Assembly (NCBI GenBank): GCA_004431415.1
Contig: QPMI01000165.1
Coordinates: forward strand, 1-64,000
Direction of reading: 5' to 3'
From: Cyanophora paradoxa CCMP329
Lineage: Eukaryota > Plantae > Glaucophyta
DNA: 64,000 nt
The notes below the pieces were generated by a model. The model saw only the letters and a list, made by a program, of their open reading frames with translations, had not been told where the DNA came from and did not search any database. Both the position numbers and the translations under genes were made by a program. This document shows, piece by piece, positions 54,189 to 64,000 of the stretch; the first letter of the stretch is position 1; every line of letters starts with the position of its first letter.

Positions 54189-54452
54189 ATGTCGAATATT
54201 TACCAAGTGGTTCTATCTGATATCGAAAAGTTGGGAATGGAATATTGTGCTGCCTCTGTTCAGGATTGGATCGATAATGCTGCCCACAACAGAGCAAGGA
54301 TTGCAATTGAAGAAATTGTTCAGAAAGAAATCCATTCTTGCATCTCAGGTGGAGTTCAAATACCAACCTCAAAGGAAGCGATTGTGTTACAGGCGTTCCA
54401 AAGGGGAACTGTGAAGAAAGCAATTGAATATAATACAGTTGCTGAGGAATGA
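54189..54452 (+). CDS. Small fibre-associated protein
   Basis: Homologue of 32528..32794. Confidence 0.85.
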   Translation: MSNIYQVVLSDIEKLGMEYCAASVQDWIDNAAHNRARIAIEEIVQKEIHSCISGGVQIPTSKEAIVLQAFQRGTVKKAIEYNTVAEE

Positions 54453-54480
54453 AGTCTAAATTAATTGGTTTTTCATAGAG

Positions 54481-55160
54481 CATGCATAAGAAAGGCATGT
54501 ATCTTGCATAGTGGGCGGGGCGCGAGTGTATTTTAACGTGGTCTATCGTCGTACTTTGTCGTAAATATGCTAATCGTACATTTCGATTCGTACATTTCGA
54601 TTGAAGTACATTTCGATTGAAGTACATTTCGATTGAAGTCGCAAGTTTGTGCAGGTGGGCATTTTCGGCATGCTTGCTCATGCACAAACTTGCTTTCGTT
54701 ATTTTTCATTGCTTGCGATAAATCGATTAATCGTGTTCTATCGTCGTACTTTGTCGATTATCGTACTCTATCGGTGGGGTTCACCTTGATTTCGTATTTG
54801 ATCCATCCGGATTAAGGCTATCGGTGGGGGTCACCTTGATTTTTCAATTTGGGTAACTGTAAACAGTCTGGAAACGATCGGGAACATTTCGTAAAAATAA
54901 GGGTCTTACTGTCCTTACTGAGAAATCGAGAGAGGGTTTTAGGGCTTACTGAAAATGGTAAGGGATTAGAAAAATGAAGAATGAAAGGGTTTCGTGATTG
55001 GTTTCAGTAAGGAGGAGTTAGATGTTTGAAAAATGTAGTGTGGCTCAGTGCGAATTTATGATTTTTTAACGATTTTGTGACTGAGATTCGCGATGCTGTA
55101 AATGTGCTTATTGAAAATGGTCGCGCGAATTGGTGGGGGTCACCTGCATGCGAGCCAAGG
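54481..55160. repeat. Repeat-rich non-coding right flank of element C
   Basis: 43-bp motif shared with A, (GTACATTTCGATT)x4, GGTGGGGKTCACCT x3, CTTACTG x3. No terminal hairpin. Confidence 0.6.
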
Positions 55161-57164
55161 GCAGCGGTTTGCGACAGAGTCCTTTGGGCTGAGGGACCTT
55201 TTCCTCGCGGGCCGGGTGGACGAGGCGCTGGATCTCTTCGAGGCGGCAGCCGAGCTCGATGCAGGCCTGCTCACGGGCGGCCACCTGAGCGATCTGCTGG
55301 AGGGGCTCTTCGACTTGGGGCGGGCTGACGACGCTCGCAAGTACTTCGAACTGGCTGCCAACAAAGCGCCGGGCTATCCGTCGCTCGACAGCAGCCACTA
55401 CGAGCTGATGAGTGAGCTCTTTGACTGCGAAAATGTATAGCCCTAAGCCCTTTTTATCTCTCAAAATTATTTTTCATTTGAACCGGGCAGTGATGAAGAA
55501 CTTGAAAGCGAAGAAATTTGCAGAGGCGCTGGACCTCGCGCAGGCAATGCGCGCGAAGCTCGAGTTCGAATTTAATATCAACGGATCCCGCCGCGGACGC
55601 AAAATTATTGATATCTCTCTTCTCGATCTCGAGCTACGTCTTTGGCACGACGGAGCGGTCGCAACATGCCGACTTATTGCGGCCGTAGCGAAAGAGTACA
55701 GGCACGCCTGTTGAATTTCTTATCGGTGCTGTTATTTTGGTACTGTTGGCGCCCCTGACGCAATTCAGTGCGTTCGGGCTCGAGCTCGAGGATGCTGTTC
55801 GACTGAAGGGCAGGGCATGTGCGCTGGCAGAGGAGCTCCAACTTCTCTTCGGCCTCAATCAACTTCGAGCTAAACTGAGAAATGCCGAATGGGTTTCGAT
55901 TTTGATTCCTGGATTTGTGTTTAAATATGACTTTGTCGGAACGTCGTCACACCCCCGGCAGGTGAAGTGGACGACGCGAACGTATTCGCCCGTCAGTGAT
56001 TATGATTATGATGCGAATTATAAAGAGCACTTGGAGTCGGCTCTCCGCGAAGTCGACGCGCTTCTCGCCCGATGTGCCAGGGCCTCACTTCCCGTCCCAA
56101 GCTCCTTCTTCTGCGACCTCATCGAAGTCTGTGCCGCTTCTGGCGACTGGAAACGCGTCCAGAAATATTGGGCTCTCATGCCGCAACTGGGCCTCCAACG
56201 CGGCGTCAATGCTTGGAGTGCGTCACGCAATTGAAACTCCCCAACGAAAGGTTTCGCAAGGTCTGAGCTCACAGTTTCAACTCTCCAGAAGCGTACACCA
56301 AGCTCTCCGTCTGGTGTCACGACGAGTTCATCGACAATTTCGGGCAGAGGTTGATCGGAGCTGGTCTTGAACTCAACACCTATGGAGTGATGCGGCTGCT
56401 CCATGAGGACATGTATCTCGAATTCAGTGCCTTCAAACAAACGGACGAATTCTCGGCCTTGCCAGATGAGGAGAAGCGTGCTCACGAAGAATTCGTTCTG
56501 CAATTGGAAGCTGAGGAAGTGCGTGCCCCGTTTGCGCGCTGGTCATGATATGATTTCAACGTGCTACCAGTGGAACTAACCCGATTTCGTCGTCAGCTGC
56601 GCCTGCGCATGCAGAGTCAGTCGCAAACTCAGTCTCAAGCTCTGCTTCTGGGTCGCTTCTGCCTTCCTTTCACGACAGGCGATCGTGGCCACGATAATGT
56701 CGGTCACAATCAGAGCAGTGGCGATCGCCGCGCCCGCTATTGCAAGGCTTCATCGCCCTTGAAGGTCTTGCTCCGCCGCGAGCAGCGGTTCGCGACAGCG
56801 TCCTTTGGGCTGAGGGACCTTTTCCTCGCGGGCCGGGTGGACGAGGCGCTGGATCTCTTCGAGGCGGCAGCCGAGCTCGATGCAGGCCTGCTCACGGGCG
56901 GCCACCTGAGCGATCTGCTGGAGGGGCTCTTCGACTTGGGGCGGGCTGACGACGCTCGCAAGTACTTCGAACTGGCTGCCAACAAAGCGCCGGGCTATCC
57001 GTCGCTCGACAGCAGCCACTACGAGCTGATGAGTGAGCTCTTTGACTGCGAAAATGTATAGCCCTAAGCCCTTTTTATCTCTCAAAATTATTTTTCATTT
57101 GAACCGGGCAGTGATGAAGAACTTGAAAGCGAAGAAATTTGCAGAGGCGCTGGACCTCGCGCAG
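55161..57164 (+). other. GC-rich host segment: spliced gene fragments with PPR-like helical repeats; 383-bp direct duplication (55161-55543 and 56782-57164)
   Basis: Abrupt rise in GC. AGRVDEALDLFE and DLIEVCAASGDWKRVQKYWALMPQLGL are PPR-like. Short GT..AG intron-like gaps at ~55435-55490 and ~55893-55960. Confidence 0.6.
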
Positions 57165-57237
57165 ACACATATGAATATTCATATTTTAATCCCTCGGCGT
57201 TCCGCCTCAGGATTAAAATATGAATATTCATATGTGT
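57165..57237. repeat. Terminal hairpin of D: 28-bp stem, 17-nt loop
   Basis: ACACATATGAATATTCATATTTTAATCC-CTCGGCGTTCCGCCTCA-GGATTAAAATATGAATATTCATATGTGT. Confidence 0.96.
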
Positions 57238-58186
57238 GATTCGATGTTATATCAATAAAATCGATTAATTTATTTGAATTTTCACATGAATTTTCATATT
57301 TTTATATGCATTTCAATTAATTTAATCGATGTTATATCGATAAACTCGATTAATCGATATTGTATCTTAATTGTAGTTAATCGGAATTATATCAATAACT
57401 TCGATTGATCTTAATTGAATCCTAAATGAATCTAATCGGAATTATATCAATAAATTCGATTAAATCATGTTCTTTTCCGATTAAATCAATTAAATATTTA
57501 AATTTGTTACCATAAGTGGTCTAAGTTGACTCACTTTTCATTAACATTTTGAACTCTTAGTCTCCTTGAATTTCTTAATATGACTCAACTTAGTCAACTT
57601 AGTCAACTTTGTTACCATAATCAATCAGGGTGGACTCACTTTTAGATCAACTTTGAAATTTCAAGCAAAATCAACTTGGATTTCAAAAGTGGATCTTCTA
57701 AGTGGACTCAATATGTTCACTTTGTGATACATGTTAGCTCAAATCCTTACTGTTTATGGTCAGGGTTGACTAAGTGGGGGGAGTTGACACATTTTTTGAA
57801 ATCCTTTTTAGAAAACTTTAGGTCCCAAATATTTCCTGTGAAATTTGAGTCAACTCAACCCACTTAGTCAACCCTTGCATTGAATTCGTAACAAAATCCA
57901 TATACTTTTACTACTTTTACGATTAATATGAGTCAACCATGAGTCCACTTAAATATAAATATAATATAATAGGGGGAATCTAGGGGAATGTTGAGTTTTA
58001 CTGTAATGAAATCGAATAGTATTCGAAATACTTGACATTGCTTAATGTAGGATGCATTCATATTTCGGCTACATCATACAGTAGAATTTCTATCGTAAAG
58101 AATGACCGGAATCCGGAAAATAATCATTGTAGAAAGCTATTGTAATAAAAAAGGTAAATCACCTTGATCATCATTATAGAAACTCA
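57165..58186. repeat. Probable TIR of element D (inner boundary unknown)
   Basis: ~1 kb of AT-rich non-coding DNA with GTTGAC/GTCAAC inverted modules. Confidence 0.7.
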
Positions 58187-58585
58187 TCAAAACGGGAATC
58201 TATCATGTTTATGTCTCTCAGTCTTCTCAAATGTGAGGAAATTCATTGTTTTATCGATCTCATCTGCTACTGCTTGTGTTTTATGCTGAGCTTCTTTACC
58301 ACAACTGAATATATCAATTGCTAACATGCCTTCATTGGAATAACAATGAGCTGTACAATGGCTTTCATCTAATAGCAGAACCAATGCAAAACCAGGAGGT
58401 GATAGTTTCCCATCAAATATCTCACAGTGTTTATGAACAATCCTAATACCTTGTCTCAATATTGCTTGTTCAAGGGTTCTCATAATCCAATTACCAAGAA
58501 AGCCAACATGCTCATAGCCTGTTGCTATAGCTGTTTTAGCCTTGTAATCAAGCATTACATGAAAGCCTCTGTATTTAGTCTCCAT
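58187..58585 (-). CDS. speD: S-adenosylmethionine decarboxylase proenzyme
   Basis: LLLDESHCTAHCY, AIDIFSCG. Confidence 0.88.
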   Translation of the reverse strand: METKYRGFHVMLDYKAKTAIATGYEHVGFLGNWIMRTLEQAILRQGIRIVHKHCEIFDGKLSPPGFALVLLLDESHCTAHCYSNEGMLAIDIFSCGKEAQHKTQAVADEIDKTMNFLTFEKTERHKHDRFPF

Positions 58586-58614
58586 TAAGAATACCTTAGA
58601 AAAATTAATTAAAC

Positions 58615-58887
58615 CTAATCGAACCTAATGCAAACATCCCTATATTCCACTGTGATTGATGAAGAAGCCCTTTTCCTGTAAGCCTGAGAATGTTTTTTGT
58701 TGCATTCCCTGCAACCTGACCCCTTCACATGATTAAAGGGATAGGTAAGGATCACCTTGTTACACTGCAAACATCTCACAGATACTTTCTCTTGAGCTTT
58801 GATGTAATGTGTCTCACTGTAATCGAATTTATCTTTACCATGAACTGTCATAGCAGCATCAATAAACTTTTTTGTTTTACTATCCAT
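58615..58887 (-). CDS. DUF723-like zinc-binding protein
   Basis: Homologue of 34559..34831. Confidence 0.75.
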   Translation of the reverse strand: MDSKTKKFIDAAMTVHGKDKFDYSETHYIKAQEKVSVRCLQCNKVILTYPFNHVKGSGCRECNKKHSQAYRKRASSSITVEYRDVCIRFD

Positions 58888-58909
58888 ACTCTATATATAA
58901 CCAATATTC

Positions 58910-59746
58910 TTATGGAGCAGTATCCTGCCCAAAAATGGGGAAATATCGATTTGTCCCATAGTACTCAGCATAGGTATTCTGCTTTGCAATAAAATCGGTT
59001 CTCTCAGCATATAATACACATTTGTATATACCAAACTTGGTGGCTCTCACTAAGAACTGATAATCTTCCAAACCGAAATTGACTCCATGATAAGCAATAC
59101 CAAAATTATCATATGGGGTGATCACAACAGCAAAATTAGGAGTTCCACCCTCTACTTGGCAAACAGCATAAACATCAGGTGGAATATCAACAACTACCTT
59201 ATAGTGGTCACCAATCTCAACAAGAGAGTCTACTACTGCTGTTTGTTCATTCACAACAATTGGGAATATCTTGATTATATAGGGGGCATTCATGCTGGGG
59301 ACATAGGTTCGAATTCTTGTGTTAGGATCAATGGGATTGGGTTGATCATTCACAAATAGAGGCGCTCCAACAGCCCCACCAACCCTAAGACCATCACCAA
59401 TATAAGCTCCCCCCGATTTGCAGTTAATAGCTCCAGACCTAGATTCAAAAGAATAAGTAGACAGAGGATCTCCATAGCTATCTGGGTCTCCATAATGAGC
59501 AGAAAAGTTTGCATTGGTAACAAGTAGCTTAGTTGTCTTAACTAATCCATTATTTTTATCACATCTGAGTTCCTGCAATCTCAGTTTGTGGGTGGAACCA
59601 AAGGTGTTCATTGTAGGTTGGACCTCTGTGGATGGGAGACCCTCTACATCATCAAATGTAGCATGCTGCAGAACATGGTTTGCTGGGGCAGCTAATGATA
59701 GCTGTGGTGTTATAATTCGCTCTATTGGTGTGGGTGCCTCTGCCAT
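58910..59746 (-). CDS. Fibre-family paralogue
   Basis: Homologue of 33692..34537. Confidence 0.8.
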   Translation of the reverse strand: MAEAPTPIERIITPQLSLAAPANHVLQHATFDDVEGLPSTEVQPTMNTFGSTHKLRLQELRCDKNNGLVKTTKLLVTNANFSAHYGDPDSYGDPLSTYSFESRSGAINCKSGGAYIGDGLRVGGAVGAPLFVNDQPNPIDPNTRIRTYVPSMNAPYIIKIFPIVVNEQTAVVDSLVEIGDHYKVVVDIPPDVYAVCQVEGGTPNFAVVITPYDNFGIAYHGVNFGLEDYQFLVRATKFGIYKCVLYAERTDFIAKQNTYAEYYGTNRYFPIFGQDTAP

Positions 59747-59769
59747 TTTACATTAAAGGGATATATCTT

Positions 59770-60615
59770 TTATGGGGTTGGGTCATCAATTACATCTGGC
59801 TCTTGGTAAAACCCTGTAACTGAAAGAGTATCAGGAGTTACACCTCTAAGAGCTGATACAGCGGCTATATCTGTTCTCAAACCGATAAGAGTTATAGTAT
59901 ATAACCCAATATCTGTAACAAACAAGTCAAAGGTGAAATTATTATTATAAACACAGTAGCCATAACCGAAATGATTATATCCCTGAACATTGAAATAGTA
60001 TTTATGACCTACTTGATTGTTGTTGGCTCTACAAAGGGAAAGCATTGCAGATGGAATCGCAAGACCTCTCAGTACTCTTTTGGTTCCTTCAATTAATTCC
60101 GAGTTTTCAAGAGTAACAGTATATCCAATGTAAAATTGAATTAATGGCTGCTGTGCGACAGGAGTATATAATCGAATTCGTTGGGGGTCTTCAACATTCT
60201 GCTCAAGAGTATCTGGGACATCATTATACGAAATTGAGGATGAGAGTTGACCTGAAACTCTGCAGCCACCCCCAATAAATGCTCCTCCTGATCTCACAGT
60301 AACAGCAGCAGTGTTTTTATCATAATCAAGGGCTTTCAGATCAACACTGTAAGCATCAGGACCTCCATTTGTAGGCTGAAAGAAGTTAGCATTTGTGACA
60401 AGGAGTCGAGTTGTTTTAACTACACCCGAATTCTTATCTGCTCTCAGTTCTTTAACTCGAATAATCGAATTCTTATCAAAGGAGTTACCATTGGAATTGG
60501 GTCTCTCTGTGGATTCTAAACCACGAACCTCATCATTAACTTCATGCTGGCGAAAGTGCATTGCAGGGGATCCAAGGGAATATATTGGAAGTTGAACTCG
60601 ATTATATTCACCCAT
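59770..60615 (-). CDS. Fibre-family paralogue
   Basis: Homologue of 32830..33672; likely start MGEYNRVQ. Confidence 0.8.
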   Translation of the reverse strand: MGEYNRVQLPIYSLGSPAMHFRQHEVNDEVRGLESTERPNSNGNSFDKNSIIRVKELRADKNSGVVKTTRLLVTNANFFQPTNGGPDAYSVDLKALDYDKNTAAVTVRSGGAFIGGGCRVSGQLSSSISYNDVPDTLEQNVEDPQRIRLYTPVAQQPLIQFYIGYTVTLENSELIEGTKRVLRGLAIPSAMLSLCRANNNQVGHKYYFNVQGYNHFGYGYCVYNNNFTFDLFVTDIGLYTITLIGLRTDIAAVSALRGVTPDTLSVTGFYQEPDVIDDPTP

Positions 60616-60650
60616 TGCTTCTTTTACTAAGAAGGAAAGAAAAATAATGT

Positions 60651-60917
60651 TCATTGTTCTTCTGTGACATTGTTATATTCGATCGCTTTTTTCACAGTTC
60701 CCCTTTGGAATGCCTGTAATACAATCGCTTCCTTTGAGGTTGGAATTTGAACTCCACCTGAGATGCAAGAATGGATTTCTTTCTGAACAATCTCATCAAT
60801 TGCAATTCTTGCTCTGTTGTGGGCAGCATTATCGATCCAATCCTGAACAGAGGCGGCGCAATATTCCATTCCCAACTTTTCGATATCAGAGAGAACCACT
60901 TGGTAAATATTCGACAT
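60651..60917 (-). CDS. Small fibre-associated protein
   Basis: Homologue of 32528..32794. Confidence 0.85.
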   Translation of the reverse strand: MSNIYQVVLSDIEKLGMEYCAASVQDWIDNAAHNRARIAIDEIVQKEIHSCISGGVQIPTSKEAIVLQAFQRGTVKKAIEYNNVTEEQ

Positions 60918-60939
60918 TTCTTAAACTACCATAAGAAAA

Positions 60940-61959
60940 TTAAACGATGCTTATTAATTCTCCTGAGAATGCTGTGCTACTTGCATAGGAAGCGACTGAA
61001 TTTGTAACAAGTGTCACAAATTCGTTTTGTGCAAGATTGAGAATGCAAGAGAAACACAGTGCTTTATGTGTGCTTGAGGCATTGTGAACTTGCGAAATGC
61101 TTAATCCCCCAGGATCGACATCATTAACCCTAAGAAACAATTCAATAACAGAAGTTGTGGTTGAAGAAGTGAATACTGAAAATCGATAGTGTCCCGCAAC
61201 AGGTGCTGTGAACCTTCCAGTTGATGTGCTGAATGAGTTGGTATTGTTTACTCGAACTGTTGCCCAGTTTATAAGAACAGCAGAACTTGTAGCAGTGTGG
61301 TTATAACCAAGTTGGATGGAAAATCGTGGATGTGATGTTTTGAGATAACACCCAGTATTAAATGTCAAACTATTGGCTTCCAGAGTAGCAACAGTGTTAC
61401 TATTTCGTTTCAGAAGAAGGTCTACATTGGCTCCTGTATCGATTTCCGGTGTAACAACCTTGGTTGTTGCTGTGATTGTGGACTGTGAGGCAATTGGTAG
61501 TGAAATACCAGCATTAGCAGTTACCAATTCTGTAAAGGTGCTTGTTCCTGTAATACTCACCTGATTTGCTGTTAGGGTTCCATCAACCCTTGCCCCATCT
61601 CCAATGTAGGCACCTCCACTTCTTACCACAAGAGCAGAGTTATTTATTGTGTTGTCAAAGGTTACTATTTTGGGTGTGGTGACCCCTCCCATATCATCAT
61701 AAATTGTGGAATCTGAGACTATCTGACCTGATTGAACTTGGTTCTTGTTTGAAACTATTAAACCTGTGGTTCTCACCTTTCCATTATTGCGATCACATCG
61801 AATTTCTTTGCATCTTATCACAGAATTCTGAGAAAACGAATCGGCACCTGTTGTTTCAGTGCAAATAAAACCAGGGGTTGCATCTGTTACTGTGTGGTTG
61901 AGTTGATGTATTTTGGGGGCGGCGTAACAGAACACAGGAACAGCTATTTGAGTGGTCAT
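60940..61959 (-). CDS. Fibre-family protein with C1q-like head
   Basis: Nearly identical to 53147..54166. Confidence 0.85.
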   Translation of the reverse strand: MTTQIAVPVFCYAAPKIHQLNHTVTDATPGFICTETTGADSFSQNSVIRCKEIRCDRNNGKVRTTGLIVSNKNQVQSGQIVSDSTIYDDMGGVTTPKIVTFDNTINNSALVVRSGGAYIGDGARVDGTLTANQVSITGTSTFTELVTANAGISLPIASQSTITATTKVVTPEIDTGANVDLLLKRNSNTVATLEANSLTFNTGCYLKTSHPRFSIQLGYNHTATSSAVLINWATVRVNNTNSFSTSTGRFTAPVAGHYRFSVFTSSTTTSVIELFLRVNDVDPGGLSISQVHNASSTHKALCFSCILNLAQNEFVTLVTNSVASYASSTAFSGELISIV

Positions 61960-61981
61960 AATTTATATTATATGGATAATA

Positions 61982-63052
61982 TTATGAAGAGCTGAGAAGC
62001 ATACATCCAAAGAACCATCTGATATTATAATATGAAGAAGCTCCACCACTGACACTATATGATATTCTGATGGAATCATTAGCTTGAAGGTCAACGATTA
62101 TTTCCAACCCATTGTTTGCATACACAGATGGATAATTATTATTAACTTCAATTCCAGATGAGCTTCCGTTTTTCTGTAAAAATGTTGTTATAATACCTGG
62201 TCTTCCAGCCGTATGACAGGATCCACTAAATGTGACAAGATAGTTTCCTGTAACAGGGGCAGTAAAAAGCCCTGTCGCAGGGTCGAAATGATTCCCTTGG
62301 TTCACTATGACTCCTGTTGATGGATATATATTAATTGAGGGCATGGTTGCAGTTATTAACCCATTTGGTTGCTGTTTTGTTGCAAAGAAACGAGGGTGAC
62401 CACTTAATTTCAGATACTTGTAGTCAGGAAGTGTGAGATGTTGAACAGTTGTATTATCTGTTTGAGTAGTTGTTTGGAGAGAAAAGATTGTGTCCCCATT
62501 CCTCTTGTAATTCATGACCATGTCACTCATGTTATCAATCTCAGGTGTGTTCAACCTTGTTGTAAGTGTGAGAGTTCCATACTGAATACTCCCTGAAAGC
62601 CCACCATTAAAGGTCATCAATCCTGCAAATGAACATGTCCCACTCACAGTCAATTGATTTGCTGTCAGAGTTCCTGCTACATTTGCTCCATCACCAATGT
62701 AGGCTCCTCCACTTTTCACCACAAGAGCAGAATTATTGCTTGTATTACCAAAAGTAACTATCTGTGCTGTGGTGAATCCACCCACATTATCATATATTGC
62801 TGAATTGGGGACTACCTGACCTGCTTGAACTTGGTTTTTATTCGAGATTATAATGCCTGTGGTTCTAATCTTGCCTCCATTTCGATCACATCGAATTTCT
62901 TTGACCCTCAGTATACTGTTCTCTGTGAAAGAGGTATTACTTGTAGTTTCAGTGCAAATAAAACCGGGTGTGGAGTCGACTACTTCATGAGAGGTGCTGT
63001 GGAGTGATTTGGCTGCAAGTTCATAGTTTGGAATCTCTAAAAGGGAGGTCAT
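61982..63052 (-). CDS. Fibre-family protein with C1q-like head
   Basis: N-terminus as in 30391, head as in 52057. Confidence 0.85.
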   Translation of the reverse strand: MTSLLEIPNYELAAKSLHSTSHEVVDSTPGFICTETTSNTSFTENSILRVKEIRCDRNGGKIRTTGIIISNKNQVQAGQVVPNSAIYDNVGGFTTAQIVTFGNTSNNSALVVKSGGAYIGDGANVAGTLTANQLTVSGTCSFAGLMTFNGGLSGSIQYGTLTLTTRLNTPEIDNMSDMVMNYKRNGDTIFSLQTTTQTDNTTVQHLTLPDYKYLKLSGHPRFFATKQQPNGLITATMPSINIYPSTGVIVNQGNHFDPATGLFTAPVTGNYLVTFSGSCHTAGRPGIITTFLQKNGSSSGIEVNNNYPSVYANNGLEIIVDLQANDSIRISYSVSGGASSYYNIRWFFGCMLLSSS

Positions 63053-63071
63053 CTTTATAATTACGAAATAG

Positions 63072-64000
63072 TTAAATTGCGACAGCAATGTAATGAATTG
63101 TAACTGGAAATCCTGGTCTGTCAAAAGAACTTAATGGAACTATGTCAAGCTCACAAGTGAAATAGCTACTGTAAACTTGTTTAAGCCTAACATACATTCG
63201 ATAGTAGTAGGCTGTCTCATTGTGTTGTATACCAGTTGTTACAATAGGAGGGTTAGCAAAGCTGCTGTTGAAATTAATAGTGAGGTTAAACCTATGGTCA
63301 GGATTTGCCCAAAGATAAGGAGTAGTGTAAACATACGTTCCTGCTTGGATTTTCCCATTAAAATATGCATTGAGTTGACTGGAAAGATCTGCCTCTGTAA
63401 TACATCGACTGATGGTCGCATTATTTGAGGGGTTCATAGCATAGAAATTTCTTGCATAGGCATTTCCACGAACAAGTAAGGTTTTATCAAAGTAATTCTG
63501 CGAATTGTGGAAGAACCATGTTTCTTCAAACATAGGTCCTGCTGGTTCTACAATCTGACCTGATCCTACATACATTGTGTTGTTGGCTCTGATTGTGGTG
63601 GCTGTGAAAGGATCAAGAGTTGGTCTATTGGTCAAATCATTGTAGTTTCCTGAGAAAATTGCAGGTTTGTTATAGATATCTGTATTCCAATCATGAGTGT
63701 GTGCAAAATCTGTAATCTCTGCCTTTGTGTGGGTGTGACCAACATATGCAACATTTCCAAGATCTGTAATCTCTGCCTTGGTATGGGTGTGACCCACATA
63801 TGCAACATTTCCGAGATCTAATATCTCTGATTTAACATGAGTGTGAGCGAAATTTGTGATATCTGCTCTTGTGTGGAAGTGTGCAAAATCTGTAATTTGT
63901 GATTTGGTGTGAGTGTGTGCAAAATCTGTGATTTCTGCCTTTGTGTGGGTGTGTGATCTATTATTTAGATCAAGGAAACTACCCGAAAATGCAACAGGAT
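63072..64000 (-). CDS. Long fibre protein, C-terminal part (5' end outside the window)
   Basis: Tip is identical at the protein level to the C-terminus of 26187..30371. Confidence 0.88.
   Translation of the reverse strand, partial: PVAFSGSFLDLNNRSHTHTKAEITDFAHTHTKSQITDFAHFHTRADITNFAHTHVKSEILDLGNVAYVGHTHTKAEITDLGNVAYVGHTHTKAEITDFAHTHDWNTDIYNKPAIFSGNYNDLTNRPTLDPFTATTIRANNTMYVGSGQIVEPAGPMFEETWFFHNSQNYFDKTLLVRGNAYARNFYAMNPSNNATISRCITEADLSSQLNAYFNGKIQAGTYVYTTPYLWANPDHRFNLTINFNSSFANPPIVTTGIQHNETAYYYRMYVRLKQVYSSYFTCELDIVPLSSFDRPGFPVTIHYIAVAI

Larger units (their letters stand above)
7190..55160. mobile_element. Element C: outer Polinton-like virus interrupted by A and B; left end outside the window, right end unresolved (54523-55160)
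   Basis: Has its own capsid, ATPase, patatin and fibre genes at 37170-54452. Its PolB gene continues in frame across B into 7190-8422. Confidence 0.8.
57165..64000 (-). mobile_element. Element D: terminal part of another Polinton-like virus, opposite orientation, continuing beyond the window
   Basis: Starts with a terminal hairpin right after GCGCAG. Gene order mirrors the right arm of B. The empty site is visible at 55538-55550. Confidence 0.92.

Noticed and set aside
1-64000. Bacterial prophage
   Set aside because: Fibre repeats are phage-like, but there are no terminase, portal or tail genes. A32 ATPase, pPolB, rve integrase and an intron-like host flank indicate a eukaryotic PLV.

Overview
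This window is eukaryotic (probably protist) DNA occupied almost entirely by a nested cluster of four related endogenous Polinton-like viruses (PLVs), called A-D here. Element B (8429-37169, 28,741 bp) is complete. It has ~1.02-kb terminal inverted repeats (TIRs) and a 6-bp target-site duplication (TSD, CGCTAA). It encodes a putative double-jelly-roll major capsid protein, two minor capsid proteins, a packaging ATPase, an AEP primase-SF3 helicase, a protein-primed PolB, an rve integrase, a patatin-discoidin lipase, a fibre cassette, an adenine methylase and a SAM decarboxylase. B is inserted into the PolB-helicase gene of element C; removing B restores that reading frame exactly. Element A (ends at 7189) is inserted into the same gene 1.24 kb away. 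Element D (starts at 57165) is inserted into a duplicated GC-rich, intron-containing host segment whose twin shows the empty site. All four visible ends of A, B and D are perfect 28-bp-stem hairpins (ACACAT...ATGTGT) with element-specific stems and a conserved, covarying loop. Other notable features: iteron-like heptamer modules that differ between elements, swapped replication modules that share an N-terminal motif, a proofreading-dead PolB, and fibre genes shuffled between elements. Protein calls rest on motifs recognised by eye; no database search was run.
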